Positions 51,698-63,026 of a DNA stretch of 64,000 bases are shown here, in pieces. The notes under the pieces were generated by a model. That model had not been told where the DNA came from. It did no database searches and was given only the letters and a program-made list of their open reading frames with translations. The translations under genes were made by a program, and so were the position numbers. The stretch is from Octopus vulgaris. Taxonomy: Eukaryota. The stretch is from contig OX597818.1 in assembly GCA_951406725.2 (NCBI GenBank), forward strand, positions 30,132,001-30,196,000. Direction: 5' to 3'. Each line of letters starts with the position of its first letter. Positions within the stretch are counted from its first letter, which is position 1.

Positions 51698-51877
51698 AAG
51701 CCTTATCGTTGTCTTTCGTCTCAAATGCTAGCTAAGTATTATTATCACCATCAAGCCTTATCGTAGCCTTATCGTTGTCTTTCGTCTCAAATGCTAGCTA
51801 AGTATTATTATCACCATCAAGCCTTATCGTTGTCTTTCATCTCAAATGCTAGCTAAGTATTATTATCACCATCAAGC
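51698..51877 (+). repeat. Three 55-bp tandem monomers at the RTE 5' end
   Basis: aagccttatcgttgtctttcgtctcaaatgctagctaagtattattatcaccatc x3, plus a 12-nt partial copy. Confidence 0.95.
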
Positions 51878-52207
51878 ATTCCTCAATCTGGTCTTTCTGT
51901 CGCTTAATCACTACCCCATCTTTCCCAACTTTCACTCATTGAAACTTATTCACATGATCGCAAAACATTTCGTCTCAAATCTTCTGCCGCCAAATCTCAT
52001 TCCTTCCCAGTGAGCGGTGCGCCCGACCTCCCGCTCCCTCCACCTGTACCGGAAGTCCTTATCTCAGCTTGTCTTCCTTTACTTTTCTTCCATGAACACC
52101 TAAAGGCCTTAAGCCAATACCACCCCTTCTATATAAGGTGGTGAAAATACGGCGCAAAACATGATAGTGTAGTGTAACAGGTTGAACTTAAGATCATTGC
52201 TTTGCTT

Positions 52208-53986
52208 ATGAATTCTGCCAAATGCGAGCTTTCTTCTTTTCAGGTACATGACGCCACTGCTCCCCGTCCCTGGACCTCTCGGGTCCATACCTTCCACTCC
52301 TTCAGGGTGGGCACCCTCAACGTTGGCACACTGAAAGGTAGATCTGGCGAGATAGTTGAGATGCTTGAACGGAGATGGGTTGATGTATGTTGCATGCAAG
52401 AAATAAGGTGGAGAGGAGGATCTGCTAGGTTCCTCACAGGCAAGGAACACAGGTACAAGATTTTCTGGGCAGGGAACACTGACGGGGTCGGTGGCGTGGG
52501 TATACTTATCGCTGAGAAATGGGTAGATAGAGTAATTGAGGTAATCAGAGTAAGTGACAGAATACTTAAGATTAGAATAGTGCTTCATAATAGATTAGCA
52601 ACCATTATATCGGCCTATGCCCCTCAGCCAGGGCTACCCGATGGACAGAAAGACAGTTTCTATGACACCCTACTGCAGACCACCTCATTGACGAACGACA
52701 GGGACCTTCTCTTTGTGGCTGGTGATTTCAATGGGCATGTTGGACGACATGCTGGGGGCTTCCATGGCGTACATGGAGGCTACGGTTATGGTTCCCGCAA
52801 CGAGGAGGGAACCAGGCTGCTGGAGTTCTGCGATGCAAATGACCTTATGGTCTGCAATACCAACTTCAGGAAACCCACCTCTCACCTAGTCACCTACCGT
52901 TCTGGCAGACACACCAGCCAGATTGACTACATCCTTGCCAGAAAAAGGGAAAGATGGCTGATTATAAATGCCAAAACCTTCCCAGGCGAAGAATGCACCC
53001 CACAACATAGACTGGTAGTTAGTGACTTTAGGATCAGGACTAAGAGGGCGACTAGAAGACGACCAACATGGAGAAGAAGGGTCTGGAAGCTAAAAGACCC
53101 TGCGAATGGACAGAGATTTAGAGATATGTTACTTGAAGCCTTTGACGAAGTGGAAGGGGGTATAGCTACGCATGGGGTAGAAGACAACTGGACGTTTCTG
53201 AGGGACAACCTGCTGAAAGCCGCTGACCAGATCTGTGGCTGGTGCAAAGTCCCCTTAAGACCCAAAATAACGTGGTGGTGGAACAATATTGTTGACAGGG
53301 CTATTAGACAAAAGAAACAGGCTTGGAAGGCCTGGAAGAACGGTGGTAGCAGGGAAGTGTATCAGACTGCCAGAAGGGAAGCTAGGAGACAGGTCTATCT
53401 AGCCAGAGGGGAGGCAGATAAAGAAAAATTTGCCAATGTCCTGCGCCGTGAGGATGAAAGACTTGAGGTATTTCGTGTTGCAAGACAGTGTGTGAGAGAG
53501 AATCGTGACGTGGTAGGAGAGAAATGTGTTCGCAAGGATGACGGTTCACTTGCGCTAAATGAGGATGCAAAGAGAGAGGCTTGGAGATGCCACTATGAAA
53601 GGTTGCTGAATGAGGAAAATGAATGGGATAAAGAGAGTCTCCCGAATGTCGACCCAACAGAGGGACCAGCAATCCGAGTTAACAGTTCCTTAGTAGATAA
53701 GGCAATTAGAAGCATGAAAACAGGGAAAGCCCCAGGCCCATCAGGAATTACTGCAGAGATGCTCAAAATATCTGGTAGTGTCGGCTATAGCTTAGTCACC
53801 CGTATAGTAAACCAGGTGATACACGAAGGAGTCATACCCAATGACTGGTGTAGCAGCATAATAGTCAACTGCTACAAAGGTAAAGGCGACGCCCTAGATA
53901 CAAATAACTACAGGGGCATCAAGCTGCTGGATCAGGTAATGAAGGTTACGGAGAGGGTTATAGCCCAATTAATTAGAGAGAGTTAG
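52208..53986 (+). CDS. RTE ORF N-terminal half: APE endonuclease, linker and RT domains 0-1
   Basis: GTLNV, MQE, AGDFNGH, SQIDYIL, KAPGPSGI, NYRGIKLL. Open for ~590 aa. First in-frame ATG is 52208. Confidence 0.9.
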   Translation: MNSAKCELSSFQVHDATAPRPWTSRVHTFHSFRVGTLNVGTLKGRSGEIVEMLERRWVDVCCMQEIRWRGGSARFLTGKEHRYKIFWAGNTDGVGGVGILIAEKWVDRVIEVIRVSDRILKIRIVLHNRLATIISAYAPQPGLPDGQKDSFYDTLLQTTSLTNDRDLLFVAGDFNGHVGRHAGGFHGVHGGYGYGSRNEEGTRLLEFCDANDLMVCNTNFRKPTSHLVTYRSGRHTSQIDYILARKRERWLIINAKTFPGEECTPQHRLVVSDFRIRTKRATRRRPTWRRRVWKLKDPANGQRFRDMLLEAFDEVEGGIATHGVEDNWTFLRDNLLKAADQICGWCKVPLRPKITWWWNNIVDRAIRQKKQAWKAWKNGGSREVYQTARREARRQVYLARGEADKEKFANVLRREDERLEVFRVARQCVRENRDVVGEKCVRKDDGSLALNEDAKREAWRCHYERLLNEENEWDKESLPNVDPTEGPAIRVNSSLVDKAIRSMKTGKAPGPSGITAEMLKISGSVGYSLVTRIVNQVIHEGVIPNDWCSSIIVNCYKGKGDALDTNNYRGIKLLDQVMKVTERVIAQLIRES

Positions 53987-53996
53987 CTTAGATGAT

Positions 53997-55328
53997 ATGC
54001 AGTTTGGGTTCGTGCCAGGGAAAAGTACTACTGATGCTATATTCCTGGTAAGACAGCTGCAGGAGAAATACCTAGCCAAAGATAAGCCCTTGTATCTGGC
54101 TTTTGTTGACTTGGAGAAAGCCTTTGACAGGGTCCCCCGATCCCTTATCTGGTGGTCAATGAGGAAACTAGGGATAGATGAATGGTTAGTGAGAGCTGTG
54201 CGAGCCATGTACAGAGACGCTGCTAGTAAGGTGAGGGTTGGCAACGAGTACAGTGAAGAATTCCGGGTAGAGGTTGGGGTCCACCAAGGTTCAGTCCTCA
54301 GTCCCCTCCTATTTATCATAGTCCTCCAGGCAATAACGGAGGAATTCAAGACAGGATGCCCCTGGGAGCTCCTCTATGCTGATGACCTTGCTCTAATTGC
54401 TGAGTCACTATCAGAACTGGAGGAGAAGTTTCAGGTGTGGAAACAAGGATTAGAATCGAAGGGCCTTAGAATCAACCTAGCCAAAACCAAAGTCCTAATA
54501 AGTAGGAAGGTGGACCAATCACAAACGACTTCAGGTAGATGGCCCTGCTCGATCTGTAAAAAAGGTGTAGGTAGAAACTCTATAAGGTGCACCAAGTGTA
54601 AGCTATGGACACATAAGAGGTGCAGCAATATCAAAGGAAGGCTAACTAAGAAAATAGTTTTTGTCTGTGGCAGATGCTCAGGAGCAATAAACACTGGAAA
54701 TGTGCAGAGACCAACTTCTACCACGTTCCAGGGAGACAAACTAGAAGTAGTTGATAGCTTCCGCTACCTAGGAGACCAAGTCAGTAGCGGGGGTGGGTGT
54801 GCTGAAAGTGTAACTGCTAGAGTAAGAATAGCCTGGGCAAAGTTTAGAGAGCTCTTACCCCTGCTGGTGACAAAAGGCCTCTCGCTAAGAGTAAAAGGCA
54901 GACTATATGATGCGTGTGTACGTACAGCCATGCTACATGGTAGTGAAACATGGGCCGTGACTGCTGAGGATATGCGTAAGCTTGCAAGAAATGAAGCCAG
55001 TATGCTCCGATGGATGTGTAATGTCAGTGTTCATAATAGTCAGAGTGTAAGTACTTTGAGAGAAAAGTTGAACCTAAGAAGTGTCAGTTGTGGTGTGCAA
55101 GAGAGACGGCTGCGCTGGTATGGTCATGTGACGAGAATGGCTGAAGATAGTTGTGTGCAAAAGTGCTACACCCTAGCAGTTGAGGGAACCTGTGGAAGAG
55201 GTAGACCCAGGAAAACCTGGGACGAGGTGGTGAAGCACGACCTTCGAACTTTAGGTCTCACCAAGGAAATGACTGAAGACCGAGTCCTATGGAAGTGTGC
55301 TGTGCATGAGAGGACCCGGCAGGACTAG
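53997..55328 (+). CDS. RTE ORF C-terminal half: reverse transcriptase with embedded PHD-type finger
   Basis: QFGF, FVDLEKAFDRV, GVHQGSVLSP, YADD, FRYLG, RGRPRKTW. Frameshifted continuation of the upstream ORF. Confidence 0.92.
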   Translation: MQFGFVPGKSTTDAIFLVRQLQEKYLAKDKPLYLAFVDLEKAFDRVPRSLIWWSMRKLGIDEWLVRAVRAMYRDAASKVRVGNEYSEEFRVEVGVHQGSVLSPLLFIIVLQAITEEFKTGCPWELLYADDLALIAESLSELEEKFQVWKQGLESKGLRINLAKTKVLISRKVDQSQTTSGRWPCSICKKGVGRNSIRCTKCKLWTHKRCSNIKGRLTKKIVFVCGRCSGAINTGNVQRPTSTTFQGDKLEVVDSFRYLGDQVSSGGGCAESVTARVRIAWAKFRELLPLLVTKGLSLRVKGRLYDACVRTAMLHGSETWAVTAEDMRKLARNEASMLRWMCNVSVHNSQSVSTLREKLNLRSVSCGVQERRLRWYGHVTRMAEDSCVQKCYTLAVEGTCGRGRPRKTWDEVVKHDLRTLGLTKEMTEDRVLWKCAVHERTRQD

Positions 55329-57325
55329 TCAGGCCATATCCCGTGGCCCCTACCTGGGACGTAGTCGATCCACCTGTGCATACCTTCCTTCTTGTGACAC
55401 TTGTGAAGACCTGCTGAGGCAAGTGAAAATCAATCAAAATAGATGAACATCAATGGAATTTGTATCTTTGTGGTACCAGTGCCTGTGGCACACAAGAAAA
55501 CCATCCGAACGTGGCCGTAGCCAGTACCGCATCGACTGGCCTCCGTGCTGTGGGAACATGGTGGCACATAAAAACACCATCCGAAGACCCGGCAAGACTA
55601 GTCAGGTCATAACCCGTGGCCCCTACCTGGGACGTAGTCAGTCCACCTGTACATACCTTCCTTCTTGTGACACTTGTGAAGACCTGTTGAGGCAAGTGAA
55701 AATCAAAACAAATCAAAATAGATGAACATCAATGGAATTTGTATCTTTGTGGTACCAGTGCCGGTGGCACACAAGAATCCATCCGAACGTGGCCGTAGTC
55801 AGTACCGCATCACTGGCCATCGTGCTGTGGGCACATAACAAACACCATCCGATCGTGGCCGTTCGCCAGCCTCATCTAGCACCTGTGTCGGTGGCACATA
55901 AAAACACCATCCGAAGACCCGGCAAGACTAGTCAGGCCATAACCCATGGCCCCTACCTGGGACGTAGTCAGTCCACCTGTGCATACCTTCCTCCTTGTGA
56001 TACTTGTGAAGGCCTGTTGAGGCAAGTGAAAATCAAAATCAAAATCAAATCAAAACAAATCAAAATAGATGAACATCAATGGAATTTGTATCTTTGTGGT
56101 ACCAGTGCCGGTGGCACACAAGAGAACCATCCGAACGTGGCCGTAGCCAGTTCCGCATCGACCGGCCTCCGTGCTGTGGGCACGTAACAAACACCATCCG
56201 ATCATGGCCGTTCGCCAGCCTCATCTGGCACCTGTGTCGGTGGCACATAAAAACACCTTCCGAAGACCCGGCAAGACTAGTCAGTCCACCTGTGCATACC
56301 TTCCTTCTTGTGACACTTGTGAAGACCTGTTGAGGCAAGTGAAAATCAAATCAAATCAAAATAGATGAACATCAATGGAATTTGTATCTTTGTGGTACCA
56401 GTGCCTGTGGCACACAAGAAATCCATCCGAACGTGGCCGTAGTCAGTACCGCATCGACTGGCCATCGTGCTGTGGGCACATAACAAACACCATCCGATCG
56501 TGGCCGTTCGCCAGCCTCATCTAGCACCTGTGTCGGTGGCACATAAAAACACCATCCGAAGACCCGGCAAGACTAGTCAGGCCATATCCCATGGCCCCTA
56601 CCTGGGACGTAGTCAGTCCACCTGTGCATACCTTCCTCCTTGTGATACTTGTGAAGGCCTGTTGAGGCAAGTGAAAATCAAAATGAAATCAAAACAAATC
56701 AAATCAAATCAAATCAAAACAAATCAAAATAGATGAACATTAATGGAATTGTATCTTGTGGTACCAGTGCCGGTGGCACACAAGAAAACCATCCGAATGT
56801 GGCCGTAGCCAGTACCGCACCGACTGGCCTCCGTGCTGTGGGCACGTAACAAACACCATCCGATCGTGGCCGTTCGCCAGCCTCATCTGGCACCTGTGTC
56901 GGTGGCACATAAAAACACCATCCGAAGACCCAGCAAGACTAGTCAGGCCATAACCTGTGGCCCCTACCTGGGACGTAGTCAGTCCACCTGTGCATACCTT
57001 CCTTCTTGTGACACTTGTGAAGACCGAAGACCTGTTGAGGCAAGTGAAAATCAAAACAAATCAAAATAGATGAACATCAATGGAATTTGTATCTTTGTGG
57101 TACCAGTGCCGGTGGCACGTGGCACACAAGAAAACCATCCGAACGTGGCCGTAGCCAGTACCGCATCGACTGGCCCCTGTGCTGTGGGCACGTAACAAAC
57201 ACCATCCGATCGTGGCCGTTTGCCAGCCTCATCTGGCACCTGTGTCGGTGGCACATAAAAACACCATCCGAGCGTGGCCGTCTGCCAGCCTCGTCTGGCA
57301 CCTGTGTCGGTGGCACATAAAATCA
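55311..57325 (+). repeat. Tandem array of six ~270-370-bp units in the RTE 3' UTR
   Basis: Units start at 55311, 55583, 55913, 56262, 56558 and 56924 (gacccggcaagactagtcag). Each contains (TCAAA)n and ~60-bp hairpin sub-repeats. Confidence 0.95.
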
Positions 57326-57472
57326 CCCACTACACTCTCGGAGTGGTTGGCATTAGGAAGGGCATCCAGCTGTAGAAACACTGCCAGATCTGACTGGACT
57401 GGTGCAGCTTTCGGGCTCCCCAGTCCCCAGTTGAACCGTCCAACCCATGCTAGCATGGAAAGCGGACGTTAA

Positions 57473-57504
<32 letters not shown>

Positions 57505-59477
57505 ATATATATATATATGACATGTTTCCACACAGTTGCCATATACTAAATTTCATTTAAAAGATATTGGTCAACTTGGTACCATGATAGAAGACATGTG
57601 CTGTAGGTTTGAACCTGGAAGTATGAGTTTCTGAAGCAAACTACTTAGCCCTTCATCTTATATCTATTAAAAGCAAATATGTGAATACTTCAGTTTGCAC
57701 GACACTAGCAAGAGATAATTTGCAAAAATGGAAGGTTGTGAATAATGAGCAATTGTAATCTTGAAAATAAAGCTTGTTAATTTTTGTTATAATTGGATGC
57801 ACATAGCAAAGTTTCAGGCCATGTAATTCTATGCAAGTAGAACTAATTATCAATTTGTAGCTGTCTTATTTTTGACTCCAGAAAATTCTCTGACTAAATC
57901 AAACCAGTTTGTCTTTTCTCATTGAAAATTTCTTAGATGGAATTTTTCAGACAAATAGCTTGTATAAATGTGCTAATGTTTACGGAGATTAGTTGAACAA
58001 TTAATAAGAAAATACCATTGTGTAATCAATTATCTGCCTGAACAAAATAATTTCAAGGAAGTCAGACAGGTCTGGTTGAAACTAAAATTAGTAGATCAGG
58101 CAATGCTTGTCAGAAAAGCTCAGCTGCAACAAAACTCCAACTCCAACTCATCCTCTTCCTCCTCATCATCAAAAATCATCAATGTTTTCACATGTATTTT
58201 TGTTTTTGTTATGGGTTGGACCAGTCTACACCAGTCTTTGTGATCCTCTATCATCATGTCTGTAAATCCCAGCATTGTACAATCTGATCTCATTATCTTT
58301 CGTTTCCTCCTTTGTTATGATCCATACACATTACATTTCTATATCACTTTAAGACCTTTCCTGCATAACTGAACTGGTAAACTTAATGACTTGTTGCTCT
58401 CTAATACAAATCTATTTGCACTTTGTGTTTCATACAAATTAATGTTGCAAAATCCAATAGATGAAATTCAACTAACACATGTATAAATGTGTGATTAAGA
58501 AGCTTGTTTTGCAACCATGTGGACTGGGTGCATTTTTATTTCACAACACCATGAGCATGTGGTGTCAATCTTCACCTTTGGTTGATTACCTTCTGCTCAT
58601 ATTTAGACATAAGATTAAAAAAAAAAAATATTGTTTGCACTTTTCCTTTCATTTTGATTGGTTGGTTGACTTTCTGTTCATTATCAGATGCCTTGCTTCT
58701 AAGTGTATACATAGTGCCAGGCTTGATTTATTCTAGGAATTGTTATTTCTAAACTACAGAAATATTAAACTAGTTTTCATTTGTAAAGATGAAGTTAACA
58801 ATATGAAAAATTATAAACACCCTTTCTCTAACTCTAACACATAAGAATTTGAAACTGCAATATCCAGCTAAATAATCTACCTGTTTAATGTTCAAACTGG
58901 CCAGATCCAGTCTCTCGTACCTTCCATACATTGTCATTCTAAAAAATAAGCTACCACATCTCAAAGATACAAGATAACATATGATTAACTCAAAATAATG
59001 TGAATATATAAGCATTCAGGATTAAGGCATTTAAATATTTAGTTATATATTTCATAATATTCAGGTACTCTTTGAATATGTTCAAATTGGAATCCTAGAA
59101 TTAGGTAACACTTGCACTGCAAGCAAGCTTGAATTATATGTTTATTATGCTATTATGTTATTTCTAACAGATTGCCAAAAACAGGGCTTAACCTCTACTA
59201 AATTCTATTTTTAATTAATTTTAATGAATTAAAATTGTAATGTTTCACCTATCATTCCTGGCCAGAATTAATCATGAAGATAATAATTTTTTTCCCTCTT
59301 CACTATGAGTGTAATTTTAGTTAATTAAAACTCCTAAGCTTACTACATTAATTATGTTAATGCCCTCTTAACTACTTCTACAGTAGCTTCAGACTCTTGA
59401 ATTTTTACTCCAGCTTTTAGGTTTCTATCAGTACAAAATTTCAGTTAGTCTATTTTCTTATTCGTTTCATTTGTAAA

Positions 59478-59808
59478 GGCACAAGCATGGCTGTGTGGTT
59501 AAAGAGTTCATTTTTGCAACCACGAAAATTTGGGTTTCATTCCCAATGCACAGCACCTGAGATAAATGTCTTCTACTATACCCCTAGTTTGACCAAACCT
59601 TGTGAGTGAATCTGGTAAATGGAAACTGTGTGGAAGTCTGTCATATATGTACAGGAGTGGCTGTGTGGTAAGTAGCTTGCTTACCAACCACATAGTTCTG
59701 GGTTCAGTCCCACTGTGTGGCACCTTGGGCAAGTTTCTTCTAATATAGCCTCGGGCTGACCATAACCTTGTAAGTGAATTTGGTAGACTGAAACTGTAAG
59801 AAGCTCAT

Positions 59809-59848
<40 letters not shown>

Positions 59849-60062
59849 TGTGTGTGTGTGTGTTTGTTCTCCCCAGCATCTCTTGACAACTGATGCTGGT
59901 GTGTTTATATTCCGTAATCTAGCAGTTCAGCAAAAGAGACTGATAGAATAAGTACTAGGCTTACAAAGAATAAGTTCTGGGGTTGATTTGCTCGACTAAA
60001 GGCAGTGCTGCAGCATGGCCGCAGTCAAATGACTGAAACAAATAAACGTATAAAAGAATAAA
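59478..60062 (+). mobile_element. SINE family A dimer (partial copy plus full copy)
   Basis: Two heads, at 59478 and ~59650. Confidence 0.8.
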
Positions 60063-60380
60063 AGCTTGAAAGCTACACTGCAGAGGACTAATTAGTCCTG
60101 AAGCCCAAAACTAAAGTGAGCTAAATAGCATGACTATAATATGTCTATAATGACTAGATGCCCCAGTGGTGTTTGATCAGAGGTTAAGTACAGGTGAGAA
60201 CTAATTCTATAATGCAATCATTCTATTGTTCCAATCCCAAGTTGAATTCCAACAGTTGGCCAATTTGTCCCAAAGTTCTTATCTCAACATAAAATTAATG
60301 AAGCAAACGTCATTTATCCCCCTCTTGATCTCTGATGTCATCTTATAAATGCCAACCAAGATAGCATGAATCAATCAAGC

Positions 60381-60530
60381 TTTACTTGCTAGAAATAGCA
60401 ACCCAAACGCTTTTAAATCAGATCCCAATGCTGGATGTTCAAGAACCAAATGAAGAGCAGATTTCCAATCCCAGGATCATCCTGATTCCAAAATAGCATG
60501 AAATGTCTGTGTAGAGCAAATGTAGACTGC
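60381..60530 (-). repeat. Interspersed repeat, inverted paralog of 2585-2730
   Basis: gatcccaatgctggatgttcaagaaccaaatgaag is the reverse complement of ~2658-2692. Confidence 0.85.
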
Positions 60531-62004
60531 ATTTAACTATAGAGCCATACTTCTTTTCATTCTGAATTCAAAAATTCTACTGAAATCAACTTTGCCTTCC
60601 ATTTTTCTAGGAACAATAAGTACCTGTCAGTTATTAAGATTGATATAATCAACAGTTCTCTTCCCACTCCCCAAATTACTGACCTTGTTCCTACATTATA
60701 AATCATCATCTTCCACATCATCACCATCATAATAATAATAGTGTTCATTATTATTTAACTGAATTTAATACATTAATTGCTAGAATGGTGCACAAAGTGG
60801 TTTGCACTATTTAGTTATGTAGAAAGCATAAATTCAACTAAAAGATGAAATACAGAATAATTTGGTGAAGATAATTTTTGTTATTCTATTATAATCATGA
60901 AATAGAAAAATATATTCTCAACAAGTCAGCCTGTTAATGGGACTGTGACAAGTGTGATTAGTTAGATAAAATTGTTGTTAATATTTAAAGTGGTTGCAAT
61001 TTCCATGTCAAAAATGTACAAAATACAGTGAAATGTTATGAAAGACAGAAATGAAAACAGTATTCCACAAAATATGTTGTTGACATATCTATAAATAAAT
61101 GTTTTTGTGTGCATGCAAATGAATGAACAATAGATGTGCGTATAAAATGTAAATATATGTATGACTTCTTATGTTTTTGTTGAAAGCTGGCTGGAAAGTA
61201 ATGTAATATTGTTCTTATAGAAAGCTCTGTACTGTTTTATTTGTGCAAAATAAACTGAAAGATCTGAAACTTGTAAGAGCTGCTGACTGTAAATTGTTGA
61301 ACCTTTTGAATGTTTGTTGTTGTGTAGTGTCACCCTGGATCTGATCAGCTTCTGGAAAAAAGGCTACACTGGTACTCAGTTGTTCAATAAGTATGAGTTG
61401 TTGGCTGCTGCTGCTACAACTTCTGTTGTTACTATGCAAACTGATACTACTGTGTGAGCTCTTAGAAATGGTCATGCATACTTGAGCTAGTATTGCTACT
61501 GCTAACACTATCAGTGATTTAGGTGTGTTTCTTAATATGGCGTTGCACTAATCACTATTTTGATTTTTGGAAATGACTGTAATAATATTAGTACTGATGT
61601 TGCTAAGTCAGCTGTTACTGCCACCAGTGATTAGGCATGCCAGTTAATATAGTATTACACTAATCACTGATTGGATGAGAAAAATAGCTCAATTGATTTA
61701 GCCATAAATTAAATCTGTGAGTGTGAGTTCACTTTCCTAGCATGCCATAAATGCGCTTTAGCTTTTTAAGAGAGATTTGCTATTATGTTCCTATATGTTC
61801 TGAGTTTAAACCTCCCAAGGTTGACTTAACTTTTTGTCCATAAAGTTATTCCATATAACATATTGCTTACATCCGTCTGTATAGAATGTTGGCTAAAAAA
61901 CCTATAGATATATTCTGTAGCACAATATACCATTTAAACAAAATACTGCTTACACATTACTAATTTTATTAATAGAAATAGTTGCCAAGAAAGCATTAAG
62001 CATT

Positions 62005-62405
62005 CATCATCATCATCATCGTCATTACTGTTTAACGTCCGTTTTCCATGCTAGCATGGGTTGGACGGTTTTGACTGAGAGCTGGCTGCACCAGGCTCCA
62101 GTCTTGATCTGGCAGAGTTTCTACAGTTGGATGCCCTTCCTAACACCAACCACTCCGAGAGTGTAGTGGGTGCTTTTTACGTGCCACCTGCACGGGGGCC
62201 AGTCAGGCGGTACTGGCAATGACCTCGCTTAAATCTCTTTACACGTGCCACCGATACAGGTGCCAGTGAAGCAACGTTGGTAATGATCACGCTCGAATGG
62301 TGCCCTTTTACGTGCCATGGGTACAGTAGCCAGTTGGCTGCTCTGGCAACGATCATGCTCGGATGGTGTTCTTGGCACCCTACTAGCACAGGCATAAGTG
62401 TCAGT
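62005..62405 (-). mobile_element. Solo RTE 3' UTR with four hairpin repeats
   Basis: (CAT)n tail, tttaacgtccgttttccatgctagcatggg, and gtgcc repeats. Confidence 0.85.
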
Positions 62406-62799
62406 AAAGCATTATATATGTAAATTCAGTTTATCCATTTCATATAGGATCTCAGTAGTAATGGGTTTAGAGGCAGTGTCTTCATAAGCATTTAAATAAA
62501 GTTCTTCATGCTGATGAAAACCTAATGTGGGATTGAAACTAGTGTGGTCAAACCCTTTTTTTCTGTCCATGAAATACAGCATATAAAGTCGATGTGTTTA
62601 CATTTACCTTATAATACAATATTGATCAAAACTCTGTAGGAAAGCATTAAAGCAAAAGACATTTAATACACCAGTAATTTACTTATTTTCATCCACTCTG
62701 AAGTATCTGTATGTTGGCAAACAAATTGTGCCCTGCACAACTTGTTGAAGCATTTATATGATAAACAGTTGTAAAATGCTGTATTTTCCTGGTATCTAG

Positions 62800-63005
62800 C
62801 TATTTGCAGAATCATTAGCATGCTGGGCAAAATGCTTAGTGGCATTTTGTCTGTCTTTACATTCTGAGTTCATATTCCACTGAGGTCAACTTTGCCTTTC
62901 ATCCTTTGAGGATCAATAAATAAAGTACCAGTTGAACTTTGGGATTGATGTAATCGACTTTGCTTTTATCCCAAACTTTCTGGCCTTGTGCTAAAATTTG
63001 AAATT
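62800..63005 (+). mobile_element. SINE family B
   Basis: Homology to 3149-3357. Other copies at ~12895-13050(-), 48310-48440(-), 60558-60700(+) and 63650-63825(+). Confidence 0.8.
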
Positions 63006-63026
63006 ATTATTATTATTATTATTATT

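Larger units (their letters stand above)
51698..57502 (+). mobile_element. Young near-intact RTE-clade LINE
   Basis: 5' UTR, EN-RT ORF with one frameshift, repeat-expanded 3' UTR, (GAT)n tail, (TA)n on both flanks, CpGs retained. The 5' limit is inferred. Confidence 0.93.

Noticed and set aside
55311-57325. CRISPR array
   Set aside because: The spacers are homologous to each other, there are no cas genes, and the context is a eukaryotic LINE 3' UTR.
55450-57472. Many short Cys/Trp/His-rich ORFs (MEFVSLWYQC..., MLWAHNKHHP...)
   Set aside because: They are translations of the GC-rich UTR repeat in several frames on both strands, and indels between units do not preserve frame.
61215-61508. 97-aa Ser/Gln-rich ORF as a host exon
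   Set aside because: No recognisable domain, non-ATG start and low complexity. It cannot be excluded without RNA data.
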